64,000 bases of DNA from contig NW_024704743.1 in the NCBI RefSeq assembly GCF_018977255.1, forward strand, positions 69,318,001 through 69,382,000, written 5' to 3'. The DNA is from Callorhinchus milii (taxonomy: Eukaryota). Each line of letters opens with the position of its first letter. The stretch's first letter is position 1. A model generated the notes under the pieces. It searched no databases. It was not told the origin of the DNA and saw nothing but the letters and a program-made list of their open reading frames with translations. Of the stretch, positions 39,379 through 50,325 are shown piece after piece. A program made the translations under genes and the position numbers.

Positions 39379-40126
39379 AATTACAAACAAAAACTGACGT
39401 CGCTGGGAACGCTCAAGCAGGCTTCTGCTTTTGTTTCAGATTTCCAGCATCTGCAGTATTTTGCGTTTTGATTATAATTACCAGGTTTGGTTTAAGTTAA
39501 GCAGAACACGATCGCACTTACAGTACAGTCCAATATTCACCACAATTCTCAAGGCTCTCACTAATACTCCACCGAATGGGGTATTAGTTGGAACTGAACC
39601 GAAAAGGCTGGTTTGAATTTAATTACAGAATAGGAAAAGGTGTGGTACAGTTGAAAGGATATTTGTCGATGCACTTTAGGTACACTTTATGGGAAATTAA
39701 TTCCATCATACTGCGCCAAAATGATTTACTCAAAAGGTATTTATTTTGAGGATTGTTCACTGACTCATCAATATATGGGAAAAACAAAAACACACATTGG
39801 AAAAGTTTGATGTACAAATCTCCCATATAATCTCAGGAAACTCCCAAAAGATTAAAAATACCAGGCTGGAGACTCCAACAATTCACAAAATTTGAAAATA
39901 ATTTCCTTGTTAAACCACCATTTGTGCCATGAGCTACAGAGTTCATTTCTTTTAGATTACCATTACCCAAAAGGGTTGGCTCAAAGTCAATTTATTAGCT
40001 GACAGGAATTAAAGAGGACAAGGGATAATTTTTCGATTAAGTAAGCAATGCTAGATTGAAAGAACTTGAAAGAAGAAAGATAGAACCTTATCACACTGAC
40101 ATCTCAAAGCACTTTACAAAGCACGT

Positions 40127-40496
40127 GGAGTCCTGTAGCGTATTGGTTGGAGCACTCGCCCTGCAGGCGAGAGGACCTGGGTTTGATTCTTGCGCAGGGC
40201 GAAACATTAGGCAAGTTTCCTTACCCCACACAACTCGTCGATTGGTGGATCGCTTTTCTGGGGGTAATAATCCTTTCAAAAAAAAATTTAAAAAACAATT
40301 TGGTCATTCACCAACAACAAATTACATTTGTATAGCAGCTTTCATGCAACTGTTTGTGCGACACAGATGTGCGCAATTGGCTGCCGTGTTTCACCCACAA
40401 AATAGTCAATTCATTTTACAGTTAATTCTGTGAAGCACTTTGGGTGAGATAACTTGACCTGATATGGCACTATATTAAATGCAAGGATTATTATTA
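40127..40496 (+). mobile_element. Full-length SINE family Y, long variant
   Basis: ggagtcctgtagc head, Deu-like core, aatgcaaggattattatt tail. Confidence 0.88.
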
Positions 40497-40689
40497 CTAT
40501 TTACAGGAATACCATCAAGTGTAGTGACATTCTTTTGAGACAATCGCAGCAGCAGTTTTGTGCACAGCAAAATCCCACAAACAGCACTTGGGTTAGACGT
40601 TAATGACCATCATTACTCTATTCTAGGACTGACACAGGTTTGACTAACTATCTGCCTTTCTGACATCAAGCTTTCAGCATTGACCGTCA

Positions 40690-41156
40690 ATAACACCGAG
40701 TACTAGCATCTATGTGCCCCTGGCTCTGATTCCATCAACCTCCCCTCGCTGCTAACTCAAGCTGCAGAACGTCTGTGTGCAACCTTGACATTCTATATGA
40801 TCCGGAGCTAAGCTTCAAATCCTACAACCTATGTCACCAAGACATCCTTCTTCTATCTACAGGGCATTGCCAGATTACATCTTTATTGCATTCCTACTGC
40901 TGCAAACCTTTATTTTGATCCTCACTACTTCATAGGATCGAATTTAAGATATTTCCTGGTCTTCATATGCTTTCATGGACTCACATCACCCTCCTTAGCA
41001 GGTTTCCCGAGACCTTACATTATAGTTCGAATTGTCCATACTCCATCAGTGGCCAAGCTTTCAGCCACTATTCTCCTCTGCAACACTCTTTGAAAATCAT
41101 TTTGCTTTGCTAACTTTCTCTCTGCCTTCAAAAACCTCTGACGATGCCTTTGGCCA
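40690..41156 (+). mobile_element. Degenerate L2 fragment
   Basis: gagctaagcttc...gtcaccaagac...aacattgcc-like...aggatcgaatttaagat motifs. Confidence 0.55.
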
Positions 41157-41307
41157 ATATGTTTAATGTCTTTTTTCCCACATTACAAGTGATTTGAGAC
41201 ACTCTTATCTGAGAGGCAATACTTAAAATTGTAGCAGTTGTTTGCGGGCCAGTGCGTAATGCCCACTTCAACTCATTACTTGCATCAACTCCATAAAAAT
41301 GTAGCCT

Positions 41308-41752
41308 GGTCGAATTCAAGATCCAATTCATCCTCACCTACAAGGCCATTCACGGCCTCGCTCCCTCCTACCTCTCCGACCTACTATCCCCCTACCTACC
41401 TGCCCGTACCCTCCGTTCCTCTGGCTCCGGTCTGCTCCACATCCCCCGCCCCAACCGCCCTACCATCGGTGGCCGGGCCTTCAGCCTCTCAGCCCCGAGG
41501 CTCTGGAACTCTATCCCCCAGTGCCTTCGCCGCCTCCTCCCTTTCCTCCTTCAAGGCCGGTCTCAAGACCTTTCTCTTTGACCGAGCCTTCAGCTCCCCT
41601 CTCGACTCTCTACCCCCTCCTCACTCCCTCCCTTCTCTCCGCTCACCCTGACCATTTCCCCCTCCTCGGGTCCTGACCCAACTGTACAGCGCCTTGGGAC
41701 GTCCTCCCGGCGTAAAAGGCGCTCTATAAATGAAATCTTGTTGTTGTTGTTG
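41308..41752 (+). mobile_element. L2-clade LINE 3' end (ORF2 C-terminus, 3'UTR, (TTG)n)
   Basis: Translates ILTYKAIHGLAPSYLSDLLSPYLPARTLRSSGSGLLHIP...IGGRAFSLSAPRLWNSIP and FKAGLKTFLFDRAF; tail agcgccttgggacgtc...ggcgctctataaatgaaatcttgttgttg. Confidence 0.9.
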
Positions 41753-42579
41753 AGATAATATCAAATAAACTCCAATCTAACGTCTGATGTAAACATAATG
41801 CCATAGAAACTGATCCACATTACATACCTACAGTTGCGTAATCAGCAGCAATGAACCAGAACAAACTGATCAATTTTTCTTGGTCATATTATTCAAGCGA
41901 TACATGCAATTCAGTTTTATTTATTATTTATCACCCATTACTCCCAACCTTGCCATGCATCATTGGCTCCCTATCCCCCTGAGGAGTAACTTTAAGTTTC
42001 TGCCCTCTTTACCGCCAGTCTGCTCCTTGTTCTATCATCTCATCAACCATGAGCAAGTCTTTAACCGCCTGATCTTTGGAACTCTCTTCCTAAATCCCTC
42101 CAGTTTGCACCCTCCTTATCTGCTCTCAAAACTTATCTGAAAACTTTTCTCTTTTGATTACCCATTCAGTTATCTCCTTCCAAACCCCTCCCACCCCAAA
42201 ATCACCGTGTGTGCATTTCAGGCTCTTCCTGCTCATCCCCTTGCTCACCATTGACTTCATTATTGCTCTAATTGTTTTAATTATTTATTTTCCCTTCAAT
42301 TCTTTGCCTTCCAACAATACAATCAATCATCAATACAATCAATCATCATGTACTTGTGTCAGACTGAAGTACACCACAAACAACAAATATCAATGTTTAT
42401 CATTTGAATCGAATCCAGTCAAAGCTAATTATGAATAATCCTACTAACAAGAGTCCATTGTAATTTTTTTTCCAGCTGTGTCCCAGAAACAGCAATGGAG
42501 TGAATGACCAATTTAATTTGGATAATTGTTGATGAGGACACCAGGAAAAACTCCCTTCTCTTTTTGAACAGTGTTGTTA

Positions 42580-42766
42580 ATAATAATAAATGGTCACTTC
42601 AAACCACGACTGTTTGTGGGACAGTGCTGTGCACAATTGGCTGCCGCATTTCAGCTACAAATATACAGTCAATTCACTTTACAGTCTATTCTGTGAAGAG
42701 CTTTGAGACGTCTAGAAGACGTGAAAACCGCTGTATCAAATGCAAGGATTATTATTATTATTATTA
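42580..42766 (+). mobile_element. SINE family Y, 5'-truncated, nested in an older SINE
   Basis: Core and tail with (TTA)5. Confidence 0.85.
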
Positions 42767-45700
42767 ATGTTCGCCTGAACAAGCAAAAGGGACCTCGGTT
42801 TATCTGAAGGATGGCACCTCTGACATTGGAGCACATCCAACACTGCAGTGGAGTGTCAGTAAAGACCAAGGGCTCTCAAACGTTATTATAGAGAGCCACT
42901 CTAACCTGAGAAAAAAAACATTTGTATAGCACCTTACAAGGAGGACGTCCCAGGGCGCTGAATTCAGGCCTCCCCATAATTTACTAAGACAACACAAAGA
43001 ACTAAAAATACCATACTTTGCAAGAAAATGAGTAATAAATCGACATGGGGTCAACTGAGCCCCACCCCATGGAGCATGCCACAGTTCAGGTGACTCTGCG
43101 ATTGGTTGCCATACACATCAATCAGAGTGACTGTCCGAACCTCCCCCACCCTCCTTGCATTCCAATTGATGACCTGATTCGGCCGGCCATTAGTCCACAC
43201 CCGTCAATCAACCTGCATGCTGCTCTACCCCCACCCACCATTGGCAAAGGGATTGCTGTGTTAGGCAGCATCATCGTGGGGTTATTGGGAGAAGCGCTAT
43301 TGCAGGATTTGGTTGTCTAGGAGTGGTAATGCTGAGACAGGGGACAGTCCTGCAAAACCCAGACTGTTGGGAGGTATGCAGCTGGCACCTTTCCTGGCAA
43401 ATGCCATGCCTCCCCAGGGAGGCCCTCTCCATATTTTGAGAACCTCTAGCATAGACAAAAGGGATTCCAGGGGTCGATTTGGGGCTTGAACCTATAACCT
43501 TCTGCCTCAAAGGCAAGAGTGCTACTAACTGAGTCAGACTGACTCACAAAACTGAACCGTGGACTCAAGTTATGTTTTTTTAAACATACAAGAAAGTCTT
43601 ATTTTGGGAGACGCACAAAAATGAGAAAAGCTGTATCTTGCAACCCAACAAGGGGAGTCAGACAAAAGTTTCCCTTGAAATGACACCATGATTTTGGCAA
43701 TCCAAAACTACTCTTTACTGTCTTCTTGAAGCCTTTAATCACATCATGCTTAATTTGACAGCTAGACTATTTGTATAGGAATGAGAAGAGGAAACCCGAT
43801 AAACCCCTTTCCTTTTTTACATTCAGAGATGACGTTGTACTCAAGATGGCCAAGTTAAGGTTCATCTTATCCGTCATTTGGGACATACCACCTGCTCACT
43901 GTCGTCATTTTGCTTGGGATGCAATCCTTTGTCAGTCCACTGCATACCAGGGTTGTCATCTGATGGCTATACAATTTCAAATGTGTAAATTTGTTTCGCA
44001 AAGCACTGGACAGAAGACTGGCTTGAATCAGTTCCACAAAAATAAGCTACCAAATGGCTCCATAGACCATATCCATGGTACAAAGATAATTCTTCATTCA
44101 ACAGTTTTGGCCCAGATGCCATGCATTATGATGCAGCACATGAGCCTTTCAACCCACAAGAGAGGCTTTTTCAAAGGTGCATTAAATACACTGGTTAGCA
44201 GAGAGTTGTACATGCGCAAATCTCTTCAGCCACAAGCAAGAGCCAATGGGAGAAGGTAATATAATTCCAGCTCCCTGTTCCAAAACACTTCCAGCTGAAT
44301 AAAACAGGTGTTCGTCACTTTGAAGACTAACAGTGCCAAATAGTACTCGATGTTCCAACTGCTGACATTCCTAAGGTTATGTGCAAGAATCCAAAAGGCA
44401 TTGAAAAGAGTAAAATCAAGTATGTCAAGTATGTTCTGATTTGACTCAATTTGACTGCAACTGGTCAGTGGTACCAGAGCGGATATCGATACAGTTCTGT
44501 CCTAGACCGGAATTAATAGATGTTCAAATCAGTCTGTTTACTTGAAGAATGAGAATCAATTGCAATTCAAAGCTGCACTGACCACAACTGCTGTCCCCAT
44601 TGTGGGGATTTGAAATAGTGAATATTTTTGACTTGTGCCATCTTATTACAAAAATATTCATATTTACACAGCAGATACATTTTAATTTTGCTTTGTGCAC
44701 CTTTGATTCAACTGAAAATGACAGAAAACTAAACAAAAATCTTAGAGGCATAAGTATACAAAGCATGTACTTTGCTACACCACTTATAATGGAATACAAT
44801 AAAAGGTCTCTCATTTTACTTCAGTTAAAATTCTTTAAATAGCCCAATTCTTAGTTCATCCTTCTCCAATTAAAATATTAAAAGTTTTGTAGTTTTCAGG
44901 AATTCTATTTTACAAAATGTATATGTGTAATAATAAAGAGCACTGCCTTTTTGATTGGTGTGGAATGAAGCTGCTGAATGCCCAATGGCTCAGTGACATT
45001 TATTCATTAAGTATGCAACTGTATACATATGATAGATTCCAGTCGGATTGCTAGTTATACAGAATTATAGATTCAGTGTGGGATACAGTAAATACATTAC
45101 AATTGCTGTTTGTTTCAGCACTTAGTTTAATGATCAACCAAAGTTCCTACTTCTGAAGGTCACAAGATTGGTTTAGCTGAAGAAGGCCCTTTGGCCCATC
45201 TGATCTTATCCTTCCAGAAAACCCACCCATTCTCCTCCCCTCACAGCATCAAGCTGTTTTTTTAATAAAATGAGTCCTGGGTCCTGGCCTTAATTTCCCT
45301 TCCTGCCAGTAACCTGTTACAATCATTACTTGTAACGCTCCAGGACACTACCCCGCGTGAAGGGCCCTATATAAATATAAACTGCTGCTGTTGTATTACC
45401 TACCTTCTGAGTAAAACGTCCTGTGATCTGACTTGAAATTTCCCTTTGCAACTCTGAAGCTATGTACTGTTTTCTATGGACTGCTATCCAATGGTCCCTT
45501 GCTAAAGGTACACGTGTGCAGTTACTGAAAGATGCAATTGTCTAGAGATTCTGATACCTCTCTTTATGCCACATTTAAATAACCTGTTAATAATAACCAT
45601 CTAGGCTCACACAATGAATAACACCATTTTGACAAGATACTGGAAGGTAACAAACATCTGTGGACTCATATGCCCACAGGAAAACTAGAGCTCATATCAT

Positions 45701-48302
45701 TTTCAGAAGAGGATAGACAATAACAAGAAAAGGCAATGCATAAGAATATCATAATAGTATATTTTGAACATTGAATGCAATTGGACAATTAGGCAAGAGA
45801 CGATAGTCTTTTCCAGTTCTGTATGTTCTTTGGCTTCTAAATAATGTTGACTGATCATTTCTACAAATGATCTTTCATCAAGGTATCAGCATTTACTGTG
45901 CTGTGACTATTTCTATGAAAGTTTACAATTGTAGTCTTTTCACTTCTCAACAATTGTACAAAAGCAATGTCCAATTTTTTTCCATCATATTTAGGATACA
46001 TTCACTGCCCAGTCGCTCATCCATTTGGTTGTACCAAACAAAAGCATTCCAAAATAAATCACTGTGATTAAATGTGCCTTTACAGCCCAACTCAACTACA
46101 GTGCTATCTTCACAAGCTCAGTTTGCAATACAGTGGATTACTGTTCTGCTGCCATAGAACTTTCCACTCTCGGAAACACTGGCCTGCAGAGAGAGAGAGT
46201 ACAACAAAGAGCTCAAGTGTCATTTGTTTAATGCTCTTGTTCACATTCATTCTATGCAGCACAATTACTGATAGTCATGGAATCTAACCAAACCCTTACA
46301 TGTCTTCAGGCTGCCCACATCAGTCCATGGGGTTTACTGCTGTGTAGTGTTTTAAAATTCACAATTTCTCATTCTAATTATAAAACAAAAAGGTTACCTG
46401 TACAAAGATAAACACCTGCCTTTTTGGGAAGAGGAAAACTGACATCAACATCCAGTTTTCTTGTCCATTGAAATCACACAATCGTGGACAGAGAGGTCAC
46501 GTGATAATGCAGTGTGTAAGATATATTCTGCCATCGGGGTTTCAGTCTGTTTCCCTGAACTCAAATGCATTCAACCCAGGTGACGCATTTGGACACGCAT
46601 AGAAAGATGGGATTCAATTTCATACCAGTGATTCCCCACATTGATAAAATTCTGGCTTCAGTTGCGGCAAATGCAAAGCGTCAAGCAAGGTGCTTCCTGA
46701 TGGACAGGGAGAAAGAAAGCTCAGCCATTTCCACTGTAATTCAAATCAACGCTCTTCCAAGTAGCAGGTCTCATGTTGTACAAGGAAGAAAGAGAAAATA
46801 GTTATGAGACCTACTTCCTAATAAATAACTAAATAAAAAAAATAAAAAGGTCAACCATGGGAAAAGAGCAGTGAAAGTCCAGGAACATTTCAGGCAATTT
46901 TATTCAGGATATTTTGCCCTTAACTGAGCTTATGGTATTGGCTTGAACATATATGGGTCTCCCTTGTTAACCTGTTCATTATTTTTTTGTACAAGTAACC
47001 AACTCATACGCAGTTGTCAGCAATGTGACCTTCCATCAAGTGCAGGAAGGAGTGTCCGCAACAAAGCCAACTACGCAAATCCAAACTGATTCACTGCAAA
47101 CTATTTTAAGCTAATAAAGGTAAAACAGGAAAAACATTCTTCAAAGCTGAGAATGTCATGATGATTAAGAAAGCTCAGGAAATTTATAATAGTGAGGTTA
47201 AATCTTGACTGAATAAAAATTCTACGTACAGAAAAATTGTGTCTAATACCTTGAACTTAAAAAAAATCCTCCAGTGGCTATGCGGATAAATGTGTCACAT
47301 GATGTACTTCATACATTGAAAAGGTCCTAATTTGAATGTCGATTTTGGAATGGCAATAGAAACATTATAATTGTCTTAATATGACTGGTATTAAGAAGAA
47401 GCAGAGGGAGAAAGGGCTGGGTATCTGTTCTCGTTGGTATCCAGTTTCCTTGCTGAAAATACATCTATGAAAAGCAAACCACAGAATTGAACTTGTGTGA
47501 AACCCCATGGCCAAATAGTTTGCCAACACAGTTGCTTAAGATCACACAAAGAATGGCAACGTAAGCAAAACACAGGGGATCAGCACCTTTGGAAAAGAAG
47601 ATTAGAGAAGAAAAACAAAGATTTGTAATTCAAAAGCCCCATGACCCATAATAGCACCTTGCAAGTCTGGCTGTAAATAGTATTCTCATCTACCTCTGGA
47701 CTCTGGGACGCTGCCCTGCATGAGGAGTGCTACATAAATGTAAGTTGTTGTTGTTGTTCTAGTTATTTAAGTTTGGCTGGCTCACTCAGACCTACCTCTT
47801 TAACTATACCTAGTCACCTCTCTCCCTCCTTGCTCGGCGACAAACCCCACTACTGTACAGTGCTCAGATGCTATTCTGGCTGGATGGATCTATAAAAATG
47901 CAAGCTGTTGTCAACGTTCTAGTCATTTGAGTCTGGATGGCACACTCACCAGTTCCAATAAATGTCTATGCTGCATAAATTTGTGAAATTCTTCATATTA
48001 TTCATAACACATGAACTATTGAGATATTTGGCATAATATATAAAACCGTGTGGAACCACTCAATTGAAACAAAGCAAGAAGGTTAAAAGCCATAAAATAT
48101 AACTGCAAAGAAGAAATATTCTGAATATTCACATCCAAGGGATAAATCACTCAAGTATTTTTTAAGGGAATGTTATTTGAACGTATTCCCAGGCGTAAAT
48201 ATTACTCACATTGGAAAAAATCTAGGGATTAACCTGAGCAGTTTATTCAAGCACTGAAATGATTTGAGTTTTATACCGAGATCAATTCTAAATTTAATCA
48301 CT

Positions 48303-48477
48303 CCGCCTCGCCCCTTCCTTAGCCTCCTCCAAGTCCTGCCTCAAGACCATCCTCTTCGACCATGCCATCGGCCATCCCCCTTTCCCTCCCCTCCCTTCTC
48401 CCCCCCTGACCCCATCTCGGATCTGAAGTGCTGCACACTATCCAGGCGCTATACAAATGTAATCTTGTTGTTGTTGT
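48303..48477 (+). mobile_element. L2 3' tail fragment
   Basis: ctcaagaccatcctcttcgacc...ggcgctatacaaatgtaatcttgttgttgttg. Confidence 0.75.
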
Positions 48478-48504
48478 AATGCATACAATCTCACGCACAT
48501 CGAT

Positions 48505-49137
48505 GCCATGACCCGCTCTGCCTTCCCCCATTTCCACAACATTGCCCGAATCCGCCACCACCTCACCAAAACCCTCATACGTGCCTTCATTATAACCAGG
48601 CTCGACTATGCCAATGCCCTGCTTGTCGGCCTTCCAAACTCTTCCTCGACAAGCTGCAGATCATCCAGAACTCTGCAGCTCATGTCTTCTCCAGCATCAG
48701 GCTTCGTGACCCCATCACAATTACCCTTGCCAAGCTCCTCAGAGGATCGAGTTCAAAATTTTCATCCTCACCTTCAAGGCACTCCATGGCCTTGCCCCCT
48801 CCTTCCTCAAAGACCTGCTAAGCCCTTATCAACCTGTCCACTCCCTCCACTCTGCAGGTTCCGGCCTGTTCCTTGTCCCCCACCCGGCCCACCTCACCAT
48901 CGGCGGTCAGGCCTTCAGCCTCTTTGTCCTCACCCTCTGAAACTCCATCCCACATTCCCTTCAACTTGCCTCCCACAAGGCACGCCTCAAGACGCATCTC
49001 TTCGACCGTGTCTTTGGCCACTCTCCTTCCCTCTCTGCCCTTCATCCCTCCTGGTTCCCCCCCACTCGAGTCCTAATCCCTGACTGTTAAGCGCCTTGGG
49101 ACGTCCTCCTGACGTGAAAGGCACTTTACAAATGTAG
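48505..49137 (+). mobile_element. L2 3' fragment
   Basis: ORF 48508 contains L2 motifs NIARIRHHL, TLIRAFIITRLDYANALLVGLP; frameshifted; L2 tail. Confidence 0.88.
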
Positions 49138-50241
49138 TTCTGTATTGTATTTATACTTCAAAATGAACATACAAACACACAAAATAATGAAGCTAGATTA
49201 ATTACGTCTCTGAACATGTGATTTAAAATTTTTCTGAAAGAGATTAGTTAAAGGCATGCAATCTGGAACTGAACCCATTTTAATTTTACAATCGCTTCAA
49301 AGTATTAAGTATCTCAAAAGCACAGCTTCATTCTCCAAAGGTTTTAAACAGAAAATGTTCTCTTTAATGAAAAGTACATACAAGGCATTTAGAAATAAAT
49401 AAAAATCAAGCCTGCAGAATACTTCTGCACTTGATCAAAATCACTGCGCTCATGGTTCTACAGCATATGGCAAGTACATTAGCTGTAGAATATTCGGTAC
49501 ATTTCCAGACACTAGATTTTATCAAAGGAATAACTTCTTCCTTTTCTACATAATAAACAAGTGAATAGAATGAAAAAATGCAGTGCTCCACTGACAAAAA
49601 TTAAACAGCACAAATTAAAGTGCAGGTTTTAAAACAAGATGTTTGTTAGCTTGCTTCAATCTCCTATATGCCCAACATAAAGAAATATACCTGTTTAACA
49701 AAGTTAAACCGACTAGTTTTGACCTCAAACATACCTAGATTTTTAAGTAGATATTTTCCCCCAACGTTTAAAATAATTTTACGTAATTTCATTGGAATAA
49801 CCTTCAGAAGAGCCAGAGGTATGTCCTCCAAATTCCTTGCCTACTTGGGTGGCTGGGGATGGGTGAAAAACAAAGTGCCTCCCCAGATGGCCTGATAGAG
49901 ATCAATAACTCAAATCAGGAATACCTCCTGTGAACTGGAACAACCCAATAAAACCACCTGAAAATTAAAACTGCAACATGAAAATAAAACAAAGGGAGAT
50001 TTCAGATTCCATTGCATATATAATACCTATAGGATGGTGAAGAGTTTGCAGCAGAATTTCTGCAAAAATTATGCCTTAATTAACCACCTTGGGAACATGA
50101 CTGATATTTGAAACAAAAATTAATGTAGGATTTAAGATCTCGTTTCTGAAAGTTCAAATAAGCAAAAGTAACTAAATGGCAATTGAAGGAGTCCAGCACA
50201 CACTTTAATGGCATTAAATAAAAGCAGATTCTGCTCTTTAC

Positions 50242-50325
50242 CTGTACATTAACATCTTCTTTCTTGAAAATTAGGGATCGGACTTCATCTGGATCTCCAT
50301 TAAAAATAGCTTGAACCAGTGGTGG
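50242..50325 (-). CDS. ANKRD28: ANKRD28 coding exon, first found in window (84 nt, PPLVQAIFNGDPDEVRSLIFKKEDVNVQ)
   Basis: Translation matches the recalled ANKRD28 N-terminus (PSLVQAIFNGDPDEVRALIFKKEDVN); TTACAG acceptor, CAG|GTAAAG donor; phase 0-0. Confidence 0.95.

Noticed and set aside
41238..41651. Pro/Ser-rich ORFs (also 48508..49083, 9984..10319)
   Set aside because: Alternative frames of L2 fragments or microsatellites.
43771..44259. 162-codon + strand ORF
   Set aside because: Non-ATG start, no recognisable domain or partner exons, antisense within an intron.
2279..50325. Assignment to ANKRD44 or ANKRD52
   Set aside because: Motifs [33 protein letters not shown] and [17 protein letters not shown], plus the direct LLSS-GFDID junction, match ANKRD28 as recalled.
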